From assembly GCA_030390025.1 (NCBI GenBank), contig CM059432.1, forward strand, positions 7,812,001-7,876,000: a stretch of DNA of 64,000 nucleotides. The letters are read 5' to 3'. Both the position numbers and the translations under genes were made by a program. This stretch comes from Squalus acanthias (taxonomy: Eukaryota). The notes beneath the pieces were generated by a model. The model saw nothing but the letters and a program-made list of their open reading frames with translations, was not told the origin of the DNA and searched no databases. Shown here piece after piece: positions 37,070-49,524 of the stretch (within the stretch, counting starts at the first letter, position 1; each line of letters begins with the position of its first letter).

Positions 37070-37340
37070 ATCATAGGAACCAGAGTAGGCCATTCAGCCC
37101 CTCGGGCCTGTTCCGGCATTCAATTAGATCATGGCTGATCTGTATCCTAACTCCATCCACCCGCCTTGGCTCCAAATCCATTTATACCCTCGGATAGCAA
37201 AACATCTATCGATCTCAGATTTAAAATGATGAATTGAGCTAGCATCTGGTGCTTTTTTTGGTGGGAGAGACTTCCACACTTTCAACAGCCTTTGCATAAA
37301 GAAATGTTTCCGAACTTCTCTCCAGAATGGCCTGGCTCTG
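37070..37340 (-). mobile_element. CR1 3' fragment
   Basis: RGHNLKIRARPF...VWKSLP. Confidence 0.85.
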
Positions 37341-37499
37341 ATTTTAAGGTTATGTCCCCTGATGGTGGGAGGGAGGGGTTGGGTGGGAGGGGGTTGGGGG
37401 AGAAGCTGGGGGGAGAGAGGGGAGGGGAGGGGGAGAGGGTGGGGGGAGGGGGGAGAGGGTGGGGGGAGCGGATGGGGGTGGGGGAGATGGTGGGGAAAG

Positions 37500-37990
37500 A
37501 GGGTGGTAGGGGGGCAGATGCCTCCATCCACCCCGTCACTCAGAATGGAGGAGGAAGCGATGCAGATTTGGGGCAAGGAGCAGCCAGAAGCATTGGTGAT
37601 GGTAAGCCTGGCACATGCCCACAGTATGGTGTCTACCTTTATTACTACAATCTCTCTTTCCTCTCACTATCCTGCATGTCGTGGCACTTTGGTGCCGTCT
37701 AACGTTGACAGTCATCCCCTGCTCTGTTAGCTGTTTTCTCCATAATAACCCTTGTCCCTTCTCCCATCTCTAGGTTCGCCTCCTCCTTCGGAAGGTGAAG
37801 CAGAAGCCTGGGAAGGGGGAGAACCCTCCCGAAGAAGCACCGTCTCTTGTTCTATCTCTTCCAAGCACCAGCTCAGAGATCGGCTCCGCGATTGGGATAG
37901 ATAGTGAGGTGGTGGATGCACAATGGGATTCGCACAACACTCGTGAGCAGGAGCAGGAGGCAGTGGAAAGGGAAGCCGAGGACATGTGTA
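37500..37990 (+). pseudogene. Probable fragment of a second Harbinger Myb-like gene (exon 2 and 3 region)
   Basis: RMEEEAMQIWG and EEAPSLVLSLPSTSSE resemble AEEAALDISG and SEGAAP...STSAD of the 46.5-47 kb gene. Confidence 0.45.
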
Positions 37991-38308
37991 AATCAGTTCA
38001 ACAAGTCAACCAATACGGTGGCAATCAGGAATTTTAATGATTATATACAACTAGTTACACAAAGAAACAAGGCAGTAAGTACAAAAGATGGATATCACCC
38101 CAGCCTTTGGAGAGCAGGTGTTCAAGCTGTCTGATCCTTTGTTCTGACCCCTCTTGCTCCGGTCAAATGCCTTAAAGCCGTTCTTTATATCCCCCGAACT
38201 CCATGCAGCATCCACATGACCATGACATAATCCATCCTCAGCCAATCAATGGTACTGTAACCAATTTTGCCTATATATGGGCATGCTTCCATTTTGTTTC
38301 TCCCTGAA

Positions 38309-38755
38309 TCAGCCGTGGCTCAGTGGGTAGTGCTCTCACCTGAGTCAGAAGGTTGTGGGTTCAGGTCCCACCCCAGAGACTTGAGCACAAAAATCTAGGC
38401 CTGACACTCCAGTGCAGTGCTGAGGGAGTGTTGCACTGTCGGAGGTGCCGTCTTTCGGGTGAGACGTTAAACCTGCTCTCTCAGGTGGATGTAAAAGATC
38501 CCACGGCACTATTTTGAAGAAGAGCAGGGGAGTTCTCCCTGGAGTCCTGGCCAATATTTATCCCTCAATTAACATCACTAAAACAGCTTATCTGGTCATT
38601 ATCACATTGCTGTTTGTGGGAGCTTTCTGAGCACAAATTGGTTCCCGCGTTTCCTACATTACAACAGTGACTACACTTCAAAAGTACTTCATTGATTGTA
38701 AAGCGCTTTGTGACGTCTGGTAGTCGTGAAAGGCGCTATAAAAATGAAATACTTA
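38309..38755 (+). mobile_element. Deu-domain SINE, full length
   Basis: A box TGGCTCAGTGG, B box GGTTCAGGTCC, Deu core and L2-like tail. Confidence 0.9.
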
Positions 38756-38774
38756 CTTTCTTTTTTTTTAGAAA

Positions 38775-41150
38775 ATAGACCTGGCTCAAAAAAGGGCAGG
38801 ATTGGGTATTAAATATTCCTGGTTATAAGGTGTTCAGGAAAGATAGGGAAGGAAAGATAGGAGGTTTTGTGACAGTATTGATTAAGGAGAATGTTACATT
38901 GCTGGAGAGAGATGATGTCCTGGAGGGGTCAAAGACAGAATCTATACGGCTAGAGTTAAGAAATAATAGATGTGCCATTACACTACTGAGTGTATAGTGG
39001 GAAAGATATGGAGGAGCAAATTTGCAGAGAAATTACAGAGAGGAGCAAGAACTATAGAGTAGTAATAATGGGGGACTTCAACTATCCTAATATAGACTGG
39101 GATCGTAATAGTGTTAAGGGCAGAGAAGGGGAAGAATTTCTGAAGTGTGTTCAGGAGAACTTTCTTGATCAGTATGTTTCCGTTCCGATGAGGGAGGAGG
39201 CATTGCTGGATCTGGTTCTGGGGAATGAGGTGGGTCAAGTGGAGCAAGTGTCAGTAGGTGAACATTTAGGGAACAGTGATCATAGTATCATAAGGTTTAG
39301 ATTAGCTATGGAAAAGGATAGGGAGCAATCTAGAGTAAAAATATTTAACTGGGGGAAGGCCAATTTCAGTGGGTTGAGAACGGATCTGCCCCGGGTAAAT
39401 TGGAATCAAAGATTGGCAGGCAAAACTAGAATGGAACAATGGGCTGCCTTTAAAGAGAAAATAGTTCAGGTACAGTTGAGGTACATTCCCACTAGTGGGA
39501 AAGGCAGGGCAACTAAAGTCAGGGCTCCCTGGATGATGAAACAGATAGAGAATATGATGAAGCAGAAAAAGAGCACGTATGACAGATGTTAGGGCGAGAA
39601 TACATCTGAGAATCAGGCTATATATAAAAAGGTCAGAGGAGAAGTGAAAAAGAAAATAAGAAGGGCAAAGAGAGGGTATGAGAATAGAATGGCAGCCAAC
39701 ATAAAAGGTAATCCAAAAGTCTTCTATAGACATATAAATAGTAAACGGGTAAATTGGAATCAAAGATTGGCAGGCAAAACTGTAATGGAAGGGGAAGGGG
39801 AGGGGTGGGGCCGATTAGGGACCAGAAAGGAGACCTATGCATGGAGGCAGAGGGTATGGCTGAGGTACTAAACGAGTACTTTGCATCTGTCTTCACCAAG
39901 GAAGAAGATGCTGCCATTGACATAGTGAAGGAGGAGGTAGTGGAGATACTGGATGGGATAAAAATTGATAAAGAAGAATTATTAGCTATATTTAAAGTAG
40001 ATAAATCACCAGGAGTGGATGGGATGCATCCTAGGATGCTGAGGGAATTGAGGGAGGAAATCACGGAGGTACTGGCCATAATCTTCCAATCCTCCTTAGA
40101 TAAGGGGGCGGTGCCAGAGGACTGGAGAATTACAAATGTTACACCATTGTTCAAAAAAGGGTGTAAAGATAAACCCAGCAACTATTGGCTAAGTGACAGG
40201 CAAGAGAGAGTAGTGGTGAACAGTTGTTTTTCGGACTGGAGGAAGGTATACAGTGGTGTTCCCCAGGGGTCGGTTCTAGGACCACTGCTTTCCTTGATAT
40301 ATTAATGACTTGGATGTGGGTGTACAGGGCACTATTTCAAAATTTTCAGCTGACACAAAACTTAGAAGTATAGTGAACAGTGAGGAGGAGAATGATAGAC
40401 TTCAAGAGGACACAGACAGGCTGGTGGAATGGGTGGACACGTGGCAGATGAAATTTAAGGCAGAAAACCTGCACAAATCGTTGAAGGTGGCAGGGCAGGT
40501 TGAGAAAGCAGTTAAAAAAGCTTACGGGATCCTGGGCTTCATGAATAGAGGTATAGAGTACAAAAGCGTGGAAATTATGATGAACCTGTATAAAACACTG
40601 GTTTGGCCCCAACTGGAGTAGTGTGTCCAATTCTGGGCACCGCACTTTAGGAACGATGTGAAGGCCTTAGAGAGGGTGCAGAAAAGATTTACGAGAATGG
40701 TTCCAGGAATGAGGGACTTCAGTTACATGGATAGACTGGAGAAGCTGGGGTTGTTCTCCTTAGAGCAGAGAAGGTTGAGAGGAGATTTGATAGAGGTGTT
40801 CAAAATCATGAGGTGTCTGGACAGAGTAGATAGAGAGAAACTGTTCCCATTGGCAGAAGTGTCGAGAACCAGAGGACACAGATTTAAGGTGATTGGCAAA
40901 AGAACCAAAGGCAACATAAGAGAAAACTTTTTTACGCAGCGAGTGGTAAGGATCTGGAATGCACTGCCTGAGAGGGTGGTGGAGGCAGATTCAATCTTAT
41001 CTTTTAAAAGGGAGTTGGATAAGTATTTAAAGGAAACAAATTTGCAGGGCTACAGGGAAAGGGCGGGGGAGTGCGACTAGCTGAGAGTCGGCAAGGGCTC
41101 AACGGGCCGAATGGCCTTCTTCCGTGCTGTAACCATTCTATGATTCTATG
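38775..41150 (+). mobile_element. CR1 ORF2 (APE-RT) with internal deletions and a complete 3' end
   Basis: GDFNYP, SDHS, KSPGVDG, GVPQGSVLGP. Terminal CATTCTATGATTCTATG repeats. Confidence 0.93.
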
Positions 41151-41409
41151 AGGTCATTGACACAGTGGACAGGGGAGTGATAGAATGTTGTCGATATAGA
41201 TTTCCAAAAGGCATTTGATAAGACTCCGCACAAGAGATTATCAGCCAAAATGATAGCGCACGGAATTGGAGGTAGCCCCGTGACATAAATTGGTAATTGG
41301 GTCAGAGGTCGGGGTCAGAGAGTAGGAATAAAGCTCTCTGATTGGTGGGATGTGACAAGTGGTATTGGAGCCTCAGCTTTTCACCACATAGTGATGAAGG
41401 AATAGCGCT

Positions 41410-42090
41410 GGGGACAAAATTCGGTTACGCCCCGTTTGGGGGTGGTAACAGAATTAGCGCCGGAGATTTACCGCCCCGGCCACTAAATTTGGCTTACCGC
41501 CCCGGCGAGCAAGTGGAACACTATCTCGGGCGCTCCACTTCCTCTCAGGGCAGTGTCGGGGTGCAAAGCGCGGTAGTGCCGGTGCGCTACGCTGCCGCTC
41601 CGCGTAGCGCGGATGCTTTTCAGCGCCCCTGCCCTTCCATTAAAGGGGAGGGATACTGCAAGCTCTGCAGGGCCTCAGATGGCCCACCAGGGCGGCGTGG
41701 TGCCGTGGCTGCAGCCCGGCACCGGTACCGGGCTGCGCGATGGTGGCCATGGACCACGCCCATGGGCCATCGTGGAAGGCAGAAAAAATAAAATGGCGGC
41801 GTAGGCCCTTTAATTAGCGACCCACGAGCGGAGGTCAGCCCGGCCCGCGACCCGCGAGGCAGGCGCTGACACTGCCTGCCGCAGCCTCGCGGGGCGCAGC
41901 CGAATTTCTGCCGCGGGGCGCTAAGGTGTCACGTCGCACGCCGATGACCAGCGGGAGTACGGCGCTATCGGCTAGCGCCCTGCCGAATTTCTCGTGAGGC
42001 ACTATCCCCCCAGGTGATAAGCCCTTTGTGCCCCGTTAGCGCCCCCCAGAGGCGATAACGGCAGGCGCAAAGGAGCCGAATTTTGCGGCC
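41410..42090. mobile_element. Harbinger-type MITE, GGCGCTAA family
   Basis: GGGGACAAAATTCGG...CCGAATTTTGCGGCC, colinear with 10904-11638, inside a CR1 remnant. TSD unclear. Confidence 0.8.
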
Positions 42091-42112
42091 AGAGAATTGT
42101 TTATCCAAGTTT

Positions 42113-43565
42113 ACATAAGAACATAAGAAATAGAGCAGGAATAGGCCACTTGGCCCCTCGAGTCTGCTCTGCCATTCAATAAGATCATGGCTGATCTTGG
42201 GCTCAAAGCCACTTCCCAGCCCGCTCCCCATAACCCTTCACTCCCTTATCTTGTAAAAATCTGTCTATCTCCACCTTAAATGTATTTAATGACCCAACCT
42301 CCACAGCTCTCTGGGGCAGAGAATTCCACAGATTTACGACCCTCTGAGAGAAGAAATTCCTCCTCATCTCAGTTCTAAAAGGCCGACCCTTTATTCTGAA
42401 ACTATGCCCCCGAGTTCTAGATTTCCCCACGAGGGGAAACATCCTCTCTGCATCTACCTTGTCGAGACCCCTCAATATCTTATGTGTTTCAATAAGATCA
42501 CCTCTTATTCTTCTAAATTCCAATGAGTATAGGCCCAACCTGCTCAACCTTTCTTCATAAGTCAACCCCCTCATCTCTGGAATTAACCTAGTGAATCGTC
42601 TCTGAACTGCCTCCAATGCAAGTATATCCTTCCTTAAATAAGGAGACCAAAACTGCACGCAGTACTCAAGGTGTGGTCTCACCAATACCCTGTACAGTTG
42701 TAGCAGGACTTCCCTGCTTTTATACTCCAACCCCCTTGCAATAAAGGCCAACATTCCATTTGTCTTTTTGATTAATTTCTGTACCTGCATGCTAACTTTT
42801 TGTGTTTCATGCACAAGGACCCCCAGGTCCCTCTGAACTTTAGCATTTTGTAATCTCTCTCCATTTAAATAATAATTTGCTTTTTTATTTTTCCTGCCAA
42901 AGTGGATAACCTTGCACTTTCCCACATTATACTCCATCTGCCAAATGTTTGCCCACTCACTTAGCCTGACTATATCCCTTTGCAGATACTTTGAGTCCTC
43001 TGCACAACTTGCTTTCCCACCCATCTTTGTATCATCTGCAAATCTGGCTACATTACACTCGCTTCCTTCATCCAAGTCATTAATATAGATTGTAAATAGT
43101 TGGGGCCCCAGCACCGATCCTTGTGGCACCCCACTAGTTACCGTTTGCCAACCAGAAAATGACCCATTTATCCCGACTCTCTGCTTTCTGTTAGTTAGCC
43201 AATTCTCTAACTATGCTAATATATTACCCCCAACTCCATGAGCTCTTATCTTATGCAATAACCTTTTATGTGGCACCTTATCGAATGCCTTCTGGAAATC
43301 CAAATACACAACATCTACTGGTTCCCCTTTATCCACCCTGCTCGTTACATCCTCAAAGAACGCCAGCAAATTTGTCAAACATGATTTCCCTTTCATAAAA
43401 CCATGCTGACTCTGCTTGACTGTATTATGATTTTCCAAATGCCCTGCTACTGCTTCCTTAATGAAGGACTCCAGCATTTTCCCAACGACAGATGTTAGGC
43501 TAACTGGTCTATAGTTTCCTGCTTTCTGTCTCCCTCCTTTCTTAAATAGGGGTGTTACATTTGCT
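42113..43565 (-). mobile_element. Young 5'-truncated CR1; RT nearly intact with one in-frame stop
   Basis: ORFs 43211-43636 and 42203-43129: NYRPVSLTS, LDFQKAFD, PQGSVLGP, FADDTK. Confidence 0.95.
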
Positions 43566-43987
43566 TTTTGTATATTTTTTGGTATTTTTTTTTGTATATT
43601 TACATAGTTTGTAGATGACATTAAATTAGGAAGCAAACAAAGTTGTGTAGATGGGAGCAGGAAATGACAAAAACAGACTGATTGAGTGGGTATAATTCCG
43701 CCGACAAAAAAATTCTCTTTTGCATCAAAGAAAAACTTTTTTTAAAAGAATCCTTGAAACTAAGAATCTGGATTTCATCTTAAAGATAAAGTTACAACTC
43801 TCGAAAACCAGGCTGAAATATTATTGAACATCTGGACAGCAGCTTCTTAGCAGTAGAGTTAGCTTATGCTCTGGCTCGAGTGGAGCATAAACGCCGGCAT
43901 GGACTGGTTGGGCCGAATGGCCTGTTTCTGTGCCGTATATCCCGTGTAATTTGCATTTCAGTGGCTTCAGAGTCTTCAGATGTCTAA

Positions 43988-44915
43988 GATAAGAACATAA
44001 GAACATAAGAAATAAGAGCAGGAATAGGCCACTTGGCCCCTCGAGCCTGCTCCACCATTCAATAAGATCATGGCTGATCTTGCGCTCAAAGCCACTTCCC
44101 TGCCCGCTCCCCATAACCCTTCACTCCCTTATCTTGCCAAAATCTGTCTATCTCCACCTTAAATGTATTTAATGACCCAGCCTCCACAGCTCTCTGGGCA
44201 GAGAATTCCACAGATTTACGACCCTCTGAGAGAAGAAATTCCTCCTCATCTCCGTTTTAAATGGGTGATCCCTTTATTTGAAACTATGCCCCCGAGTTCT
44301 AGATTTCCCCACGAGGGGAAACATCCTCTCTGCATCTACCTTGTTGAGCCCCTCAGTATCTTATATGTTTCAATAAGATCACCTCTTATTCTTCTAAATT
44401 CCAATGAGTATAGGCCCAACCTGCTCAACCTTTCCTCATAAGTCAACCCCCTCATCTCTGGAATTAACCTAGTGAATCGTCTCTGAACTGCCTCCAATGC
44501 AAGTATATCCTTCCTTAAATAAGGAGACCAAAACTGCACGTAGTACTCAAGGTGTGGTCTCACCAATACCCTGTATAGTTGTAGCAGGACTTCCCTGCTT
44601 TTATACTCCAACCCCCTTGAAATAAAGGCCAACATTCCATTTGCCTTTTTGATTACTTGCTGTACCTGCATGCTAACTTTTTGTGTTTCATGCACAAGGA
44701 CCCCCAGGTCCCTCTGAACTGTAGCGTTTTGTAATCTCTCTCCATTTAAATAATAGTTTGCTTTTTTATTTTTCTTACCAAAGTGGATAACCTCACACTT
44801 ACCCACATTATACTCCATCTGCCAAATGTTTGCCCACTCACGTAGCCTGACTATATCCCTTTGCAGATTCTTTGAGTCCTCTGCACAACTTGCTTTCCCA
44901 CCCATCTTTGTATCA
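43988..44915 (-). mobile_element. Young 5'-truncated CR1, same subfamily as 42113-43565
   Basis: Near-identical protein (GGKASCAEDSK...) and 3' UTR. Confidence 0.95.
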
Positions 44916-45156
44916 TATTGTTCCGAGCGAGGGTGCTTCCTAATGAAACTAGCCTCACATGCTTGACCAGATGAGTCATCAGTTCGAGGAGGCTAAAACT
45001 TTAGGCTTGTTTCCAAACATGTTGCCAATGTTCGATGTGGGTGGAAAAAAAATACAAACTTTTGGAGGAACATTAATGACTCCTCTAGCAGTAAGTATTC
45101 TAGCAAATGGCATTGACATCCTGTAATTAGTTATTTAAGCAATGGACCTCCATGGT

Positions 45157-45672
45157 TACAAAAGCAAAATACTGTGGATGCTGGAAATCTGAAATAAAAA
45201 CAGAAAATGCCAGTAACGATCAGCAGGTCAGGCAGCATCTGTGTAGAGAGAAACAGAGTTAACGTTTCAGGTCGATGACCCTTCGTCAGAACTGAAAGAA
45301 GTTGTAACAGGTTTTTAAGCAAGTGTAGGGGCAGGGAAATGGGGGAGGGGAGGAAAGAACAAAAGGGAAGGTCTGTGATGGGGCGGAAGGCAGGAGAGAT
45401 TAAGAGACAAAAGGGATGATGGTGTAAAGTGAAAGGAGATGGTAATGGGACAAGTTAAGAAACAAAAGATGGGTCTAGAAGAGGCGTAAATGGGAATAGC
45501 AGAATCATCAACAGCTGCAATGTGAAAAAATAGGGGTCAGAGGTTATGGTCTGAAATTGTTGAACTCGATGTTGAGTCCAGAAGGCTGTAAAGTGCCTAA
45601 TAAAAAGATGAGATGCTGTTCCTCGAGCTTACGTTGAGCTTCATTGGAACAGTGTAAGAGGCGGAAGACAGA
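45157..45672 (-). mobile_element. Penelope-like element 3' end (second family) with pseudo-LTR
   Basis: LLHCSNEAQRKLEEQHLIFLLGTLQPSGLNIEFNNF is a GIY-YIG C-terminus. Resumes briefly after 49433. Confidence 0.85.
45257..45293 (-). ncRNA. Minimal hammerhead ribozyme motif
   Basis: Reverse complement AGTT-CTGACGA-A-GGGTC-ATC-GACCT-GAAA-CG-TT-AACT. Confidence 0.8.
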
Positions 45673-45952
45673 GGCCATGATTTTGCCTACCTGGGCGGGT
45701 TGATGGTGGGAGAGGTCGATGGCGGGCCGCGAGTCCGTTGCTGCTTCTATCCCGCTGATAGAAAAGATCTTACTGTAATGGGCCTTGTTAAGCCCGCCCT
45801 GCGCGTTACCTGGCCCAATTAAAAGGTGCGGGTCTGGTGACGTCAGTGCTGACGCGTTTGGTTCCGGTATATTTAAAGGGGCCATGGCCCCATTTGATCT
45901 CACTTCTGATCTTGACAGGCTGTAGTTCTGACATTGTTTGTTGGAGGTGAAA

Positions 45953-47831
45953 ATGACTTCCCAGAAGCAGAGAGCTGCTCCTCGCTTCAGCAATGACGCC
46001 CTCCATGTTCTTGTGGAGGGAGTCAGAGCACGCAGGGAGGTTCTCTTCCCTGCCAGTGGGTGGAAGAGACCTCCCCAGGAGACCAAGGCAACCTGGCTGT
46101 AGATAGCAGAGGAGGTGGCCAGCAGGTGTGTGGTGATGCGGACCTGGGTGCAGTGCCGCAAGCGCTTTAATGATTTTCTAACATCGGGAATAGTGAGTAT
46201 AAAGCCACACTTACCTTCATGCTGCTGTGCCTGTCATCACATCCCCATCACTCTGCATTCCCAACCCTACTCCTGCACATCCTTACTCAAATCAACATCC
46301 CTTGCACCTTCACCCATCCCTCTCTCTCTATCTACATTATCACATCCCCATCTTACTAAGCACCCCTCACACTGACCCTCATCCTAATGCAATGACACCA
46401 AGTAACAACACAAAAGGAGGCAACTTCGTATTGCCACCCCACTCCATCATAGTCTCCCTCTAAAGATCTAAGCCATCCATTCCTTACACTCATTCCATCA
46501 CTCTCACTCAATCTTCTCTTCTTTCCCTCCTTGCAGGAAAAGAGAGCCCACAATAAGAGGGAGAGGGAGAGAACAGGAGGAGGCCCTCAATCCATGGCAA
46601 TTCTGACGAGTGCAGAGGAGGCAGCCCTGGACATTAGTGGTGTGGTGGACCAGCCGGAAGTGGGGAACGGCGAGAGGGGCTCACCAGAACAACCTGGTGA
46701 CAGAATCACTTTCCATACATCTACATGGCATTCATCATTCACTCATATGGGGGCTGATGTGAAGAGACATTGAATGCTCATCAGGTGCTTAATGGTATCT
46801 GTATGCAATTGACATATCATATAGCTAACTGATGTCTTTACTCTCGTACAGGTCCATCAAGAGCACCCCCACTGTCCAGGAGAAAGAGCAAGATGACTCC
46901 TCAGAGGAGCCTCCAGCCTCTGAGGGCGCAGCGCCACCCCGGACAAGGCAAGCCAGCACCAGCGCAGATGCACACACCTCGGTGGGGCCGTCGCAAGATG
47001 GAGTAGAGATGTCACCTGGTGTGTCTCACAGCACAGGTGAGCAGGAGCAGTTGGTGGAGACAGGAACAGCAGTGGAGACTCCTCGTCGGAGGGCGCAGGA
47101 CTCTCCCAGCTCTGCTCAGCTGCATGCAGACACTGAGCCTCGGGGACCAGCCAGGAAGAGGGCGATCCTGGAGCTGCAGGAACAAGTGCAGGAGGCTCTG
47201 ACTGGTTTTGCAACCACGGTGACTGCGAGTGTGCAGAGAATGGAGGAGTCCATCTCAAAACATGACCACCACCGTGGCGCACGCACTCGCGACTGTAGGT
47301 TCCTCCATGGATAGGATGGCCACCTGCATGGAGGACCTAATGCACCAGTTGCACGAGCACATGGTTTCAATTCAAAATAGCTGGGCATCTATGGAGGAGA
47401 GAAACCAGAGGCTCATAGACATCCTTTCTAGGAGGGATGTCAGTGTAGAGGTGGTCCCTCATGGCCCCACTGATGTGCAGCAAAGCGCTTTTCAGCTACT
47501 TGCTAGCAGAGAAGTGCGGGTGGCCCATGAGAGGGATGATGGTGGGAGGGGACATGGAAGTGGGGGCTCCTCTCCAAGCGCTCACACTTCTACCCCCTTG
47601 CCAACCCCTCGGTCAGAGCCCCAGATGTCTCCCCGGACAGCGATGGCCGAGTCTGTCCCTGCACAGTTGCAGGAGGAGCAGACTTTGGCGGGGTCCTCAC
47701 AGGCTCCAAAACCCAGAGGACAACTGCCAAAGGCGTCTAAGCAGGTGCAGCAAGGAAGTGAGGAGGCTGCTGAAGCCACAGGGGTAGCACCACGTAGAAG
47801 CACTCGGAAAAGAAAGATGCCACACAAATAG
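45953..47831 (+). pseudogene. Harbinger Myb/SANT-like DNA-binding protein; exons 45953-46192, 46537-46696, 46852-47831
   Basis: MTSQKQRAAPRFSNDALHVLVEGV...W..IAEEV...RTWVQCRKRFND | EKRAHNKRERERTGGG. GT-AG introns. TAG at 46100 and frameshifts in exon 3. Basic C-terminus RRSTRKRK. Confidence 0.85.
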
Positions 47832-48123
47832 AGTCACAAGGGTAGTCACTTGGGTGTTTTCTTAAATGTTATTGTGAAGTTTATGTTCAATTAATTTTGT
47901 GTATTAAATCATTTATTTTGGAAACTTTGTGGTCCTTGCCGAATGTATGTGCACAATTGGAAATGGCACGGTGAACGGTCAGGGCTAATTTGAGCTTCAG
48001 CAATGGTGGTGACAGTGAAAGGAATGGACTGGTGATTGTAGGGATGCTTTATGGTGTTGTTGTGGGGTGATGCCAACCTGCCTCCGCATGTGCCCACCAC
48101 ATGGCTGTGCCGTGTAAAGTTAA

Positions 48124-48900
48124 TTAAATCTGGCCATGGTGAGGCAGCAATGCGGTCGCGTACTGGTGGCATTTCGACCGCCGGCTCCTCCAGGTCTTCC
48201 TTATCCTCGTCTTCAACCTCATGCTGCTCCTCCTCCTCCTCCTCCTCTGAAGAGGCTCTGCAGCTTGTTTCTCATGCAGTGCTAATCCTCGCTGCTGTGC
48301 TACGTTGTGCAGGACGCAGCAGACCACGCCGATTCTGGAGACCCTGGCTGGTGCGTGCTGAAGGGCTCCGCCAGATCTGTCCAGGCATCTGAAGCGCATT
48401 TTGAGCAAGCCTATTCTCTGCTCTTATGACACTTCCGGTGGAGATCAGGCTTTGGTTGTAATGTTCCTCAGCCTCGTTTGTTGGCCTCCTCAAAGGTGAG
48501 AAGTCGCACAACACCAGGTTATAGTCCAACAGCTTTATTTGAAATCACAAGCTTTCGGAGCGCTGCTCCTTCGTCAGGTGAAGTGAAGAGATGCATATAG
48601 GCACAGCATATATAGTCAGAGAACACAGTGCGATAGCCTGAGCCTCCTGAAGCACTGCTGCTCAGTCATGTTGAGGAAGCTCATCCTCTGCCTGTATGCC
48701 CTGTGTTGTGGGTGTCGCCTCTGGCGCGGTGCAGCCCTGCACTGATGCCCTCTGCCCTGTGCAGCATCAGGTGGTTGAGGAGAAGGTTGGCGCTCTTGTT
48801 GTTGGTGCTGCTGGTGTGCCTGGTTCTGCTGGTGTTGCAGCTGTTCGTGGTCAGATTCTGAGGACCAAGGTGAGAGAATATAAACCGTACCCCATTCTGA
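48124..48900 (-). pseudogene. Harbinger (HARBI1-like) transposase with central domain deleted
   Basis: N-terminal YRQRMSFLNMTEQQCFRRLRLS and C-terminal EEHYNQS...LKMRFRCLDRSGGAL...VCCVLHN, separated only by a Penelope fragment. Confidence 0.85.
48498..48625 (-). mobile_element. Penelope pseudo-LTR fragment with hammerhead motif (48545-48581)
   Basis: Reverse complement of ~22140-22265. Confidence 0.9.
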
Positions 48901-49524
48901 TGTACTAGATGGCAGGTGAAGTTGAGATAACAGAAGCAATCTGTGAATGGGGAGAGAGGTTGTTCCAATGAGGCGACACTGGATAGAGTTTGCTCCAAAC
49001 ACTTGCAACCTGCATAAAGCTCAATCTGTCTTCCAAATGCAGTAAGCAACAGCTTCTGAGCTTGGAAAGTGAACAGCTGTGAGATGGGAGCTTCTATACC
49101 ACATTTGCAGCTGTCAAGTAATCTGATGATTCCATGCTGATTCAAATCCTGACCCGCTGGCCTGACGTGATCCCCAAGCAGCGTGGACCCTGTGGGCGAC
49201 CTCGTAAAATGTTAAGGTGAGCTCAAAATACTTCTTAATGGGCTGTTAACAAGTTCAGAATGAGTTGGATTGCCTCCCCCGCTGCTGTGTGTCGGGTCTG
49301 TTCAGCCCTGACAGACCCAACATCTGGGAAAGTCGCGGGGAGGCGGGTTGACAACGGGATCCCGACCTGCTGTCAGAAAAAAAAATTCCCAACCGAACGT
49401 GCTCGCTGACCGACCCCCGAAAAATTCCCCCCCAGAGAGGTCAGACTTCCATGGTTTAGGCTATGTGCACTGCGGGTGAGGCCAATAATTCCCGACATGA
49501 AGCAACATTTTGTCAGAAGACTAC

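Larger units (their letters stand above)
45673..49433. mobile_element. Harbinger/PIF DNA transposon, defective
   Basis: Termini GGCCATGATTTT/AAAATTCCCCCC, 3-bp TSD (AGA or CAG), convergent Myb-like and nuclease genes. Confidence 0.9.

Noticed and set aside
38309..38385. tRNA-like sequences with A and B boxes
   Set aside because: They are SINE heads followed by SINE bodies, not stand-alone tRNA genes.
45544..46161. 205-aa minus-strand ORF
   Set aside because: Antisense Harbinger sequence fused by chance to the Penelope C-terminus.
45953..48900. Host MSANTD-like or HARBI1 genes
   Set aside because: Enclosed by TIRs and a TSD, with a stop, frameshifts and a deletion. These are transposon genes.
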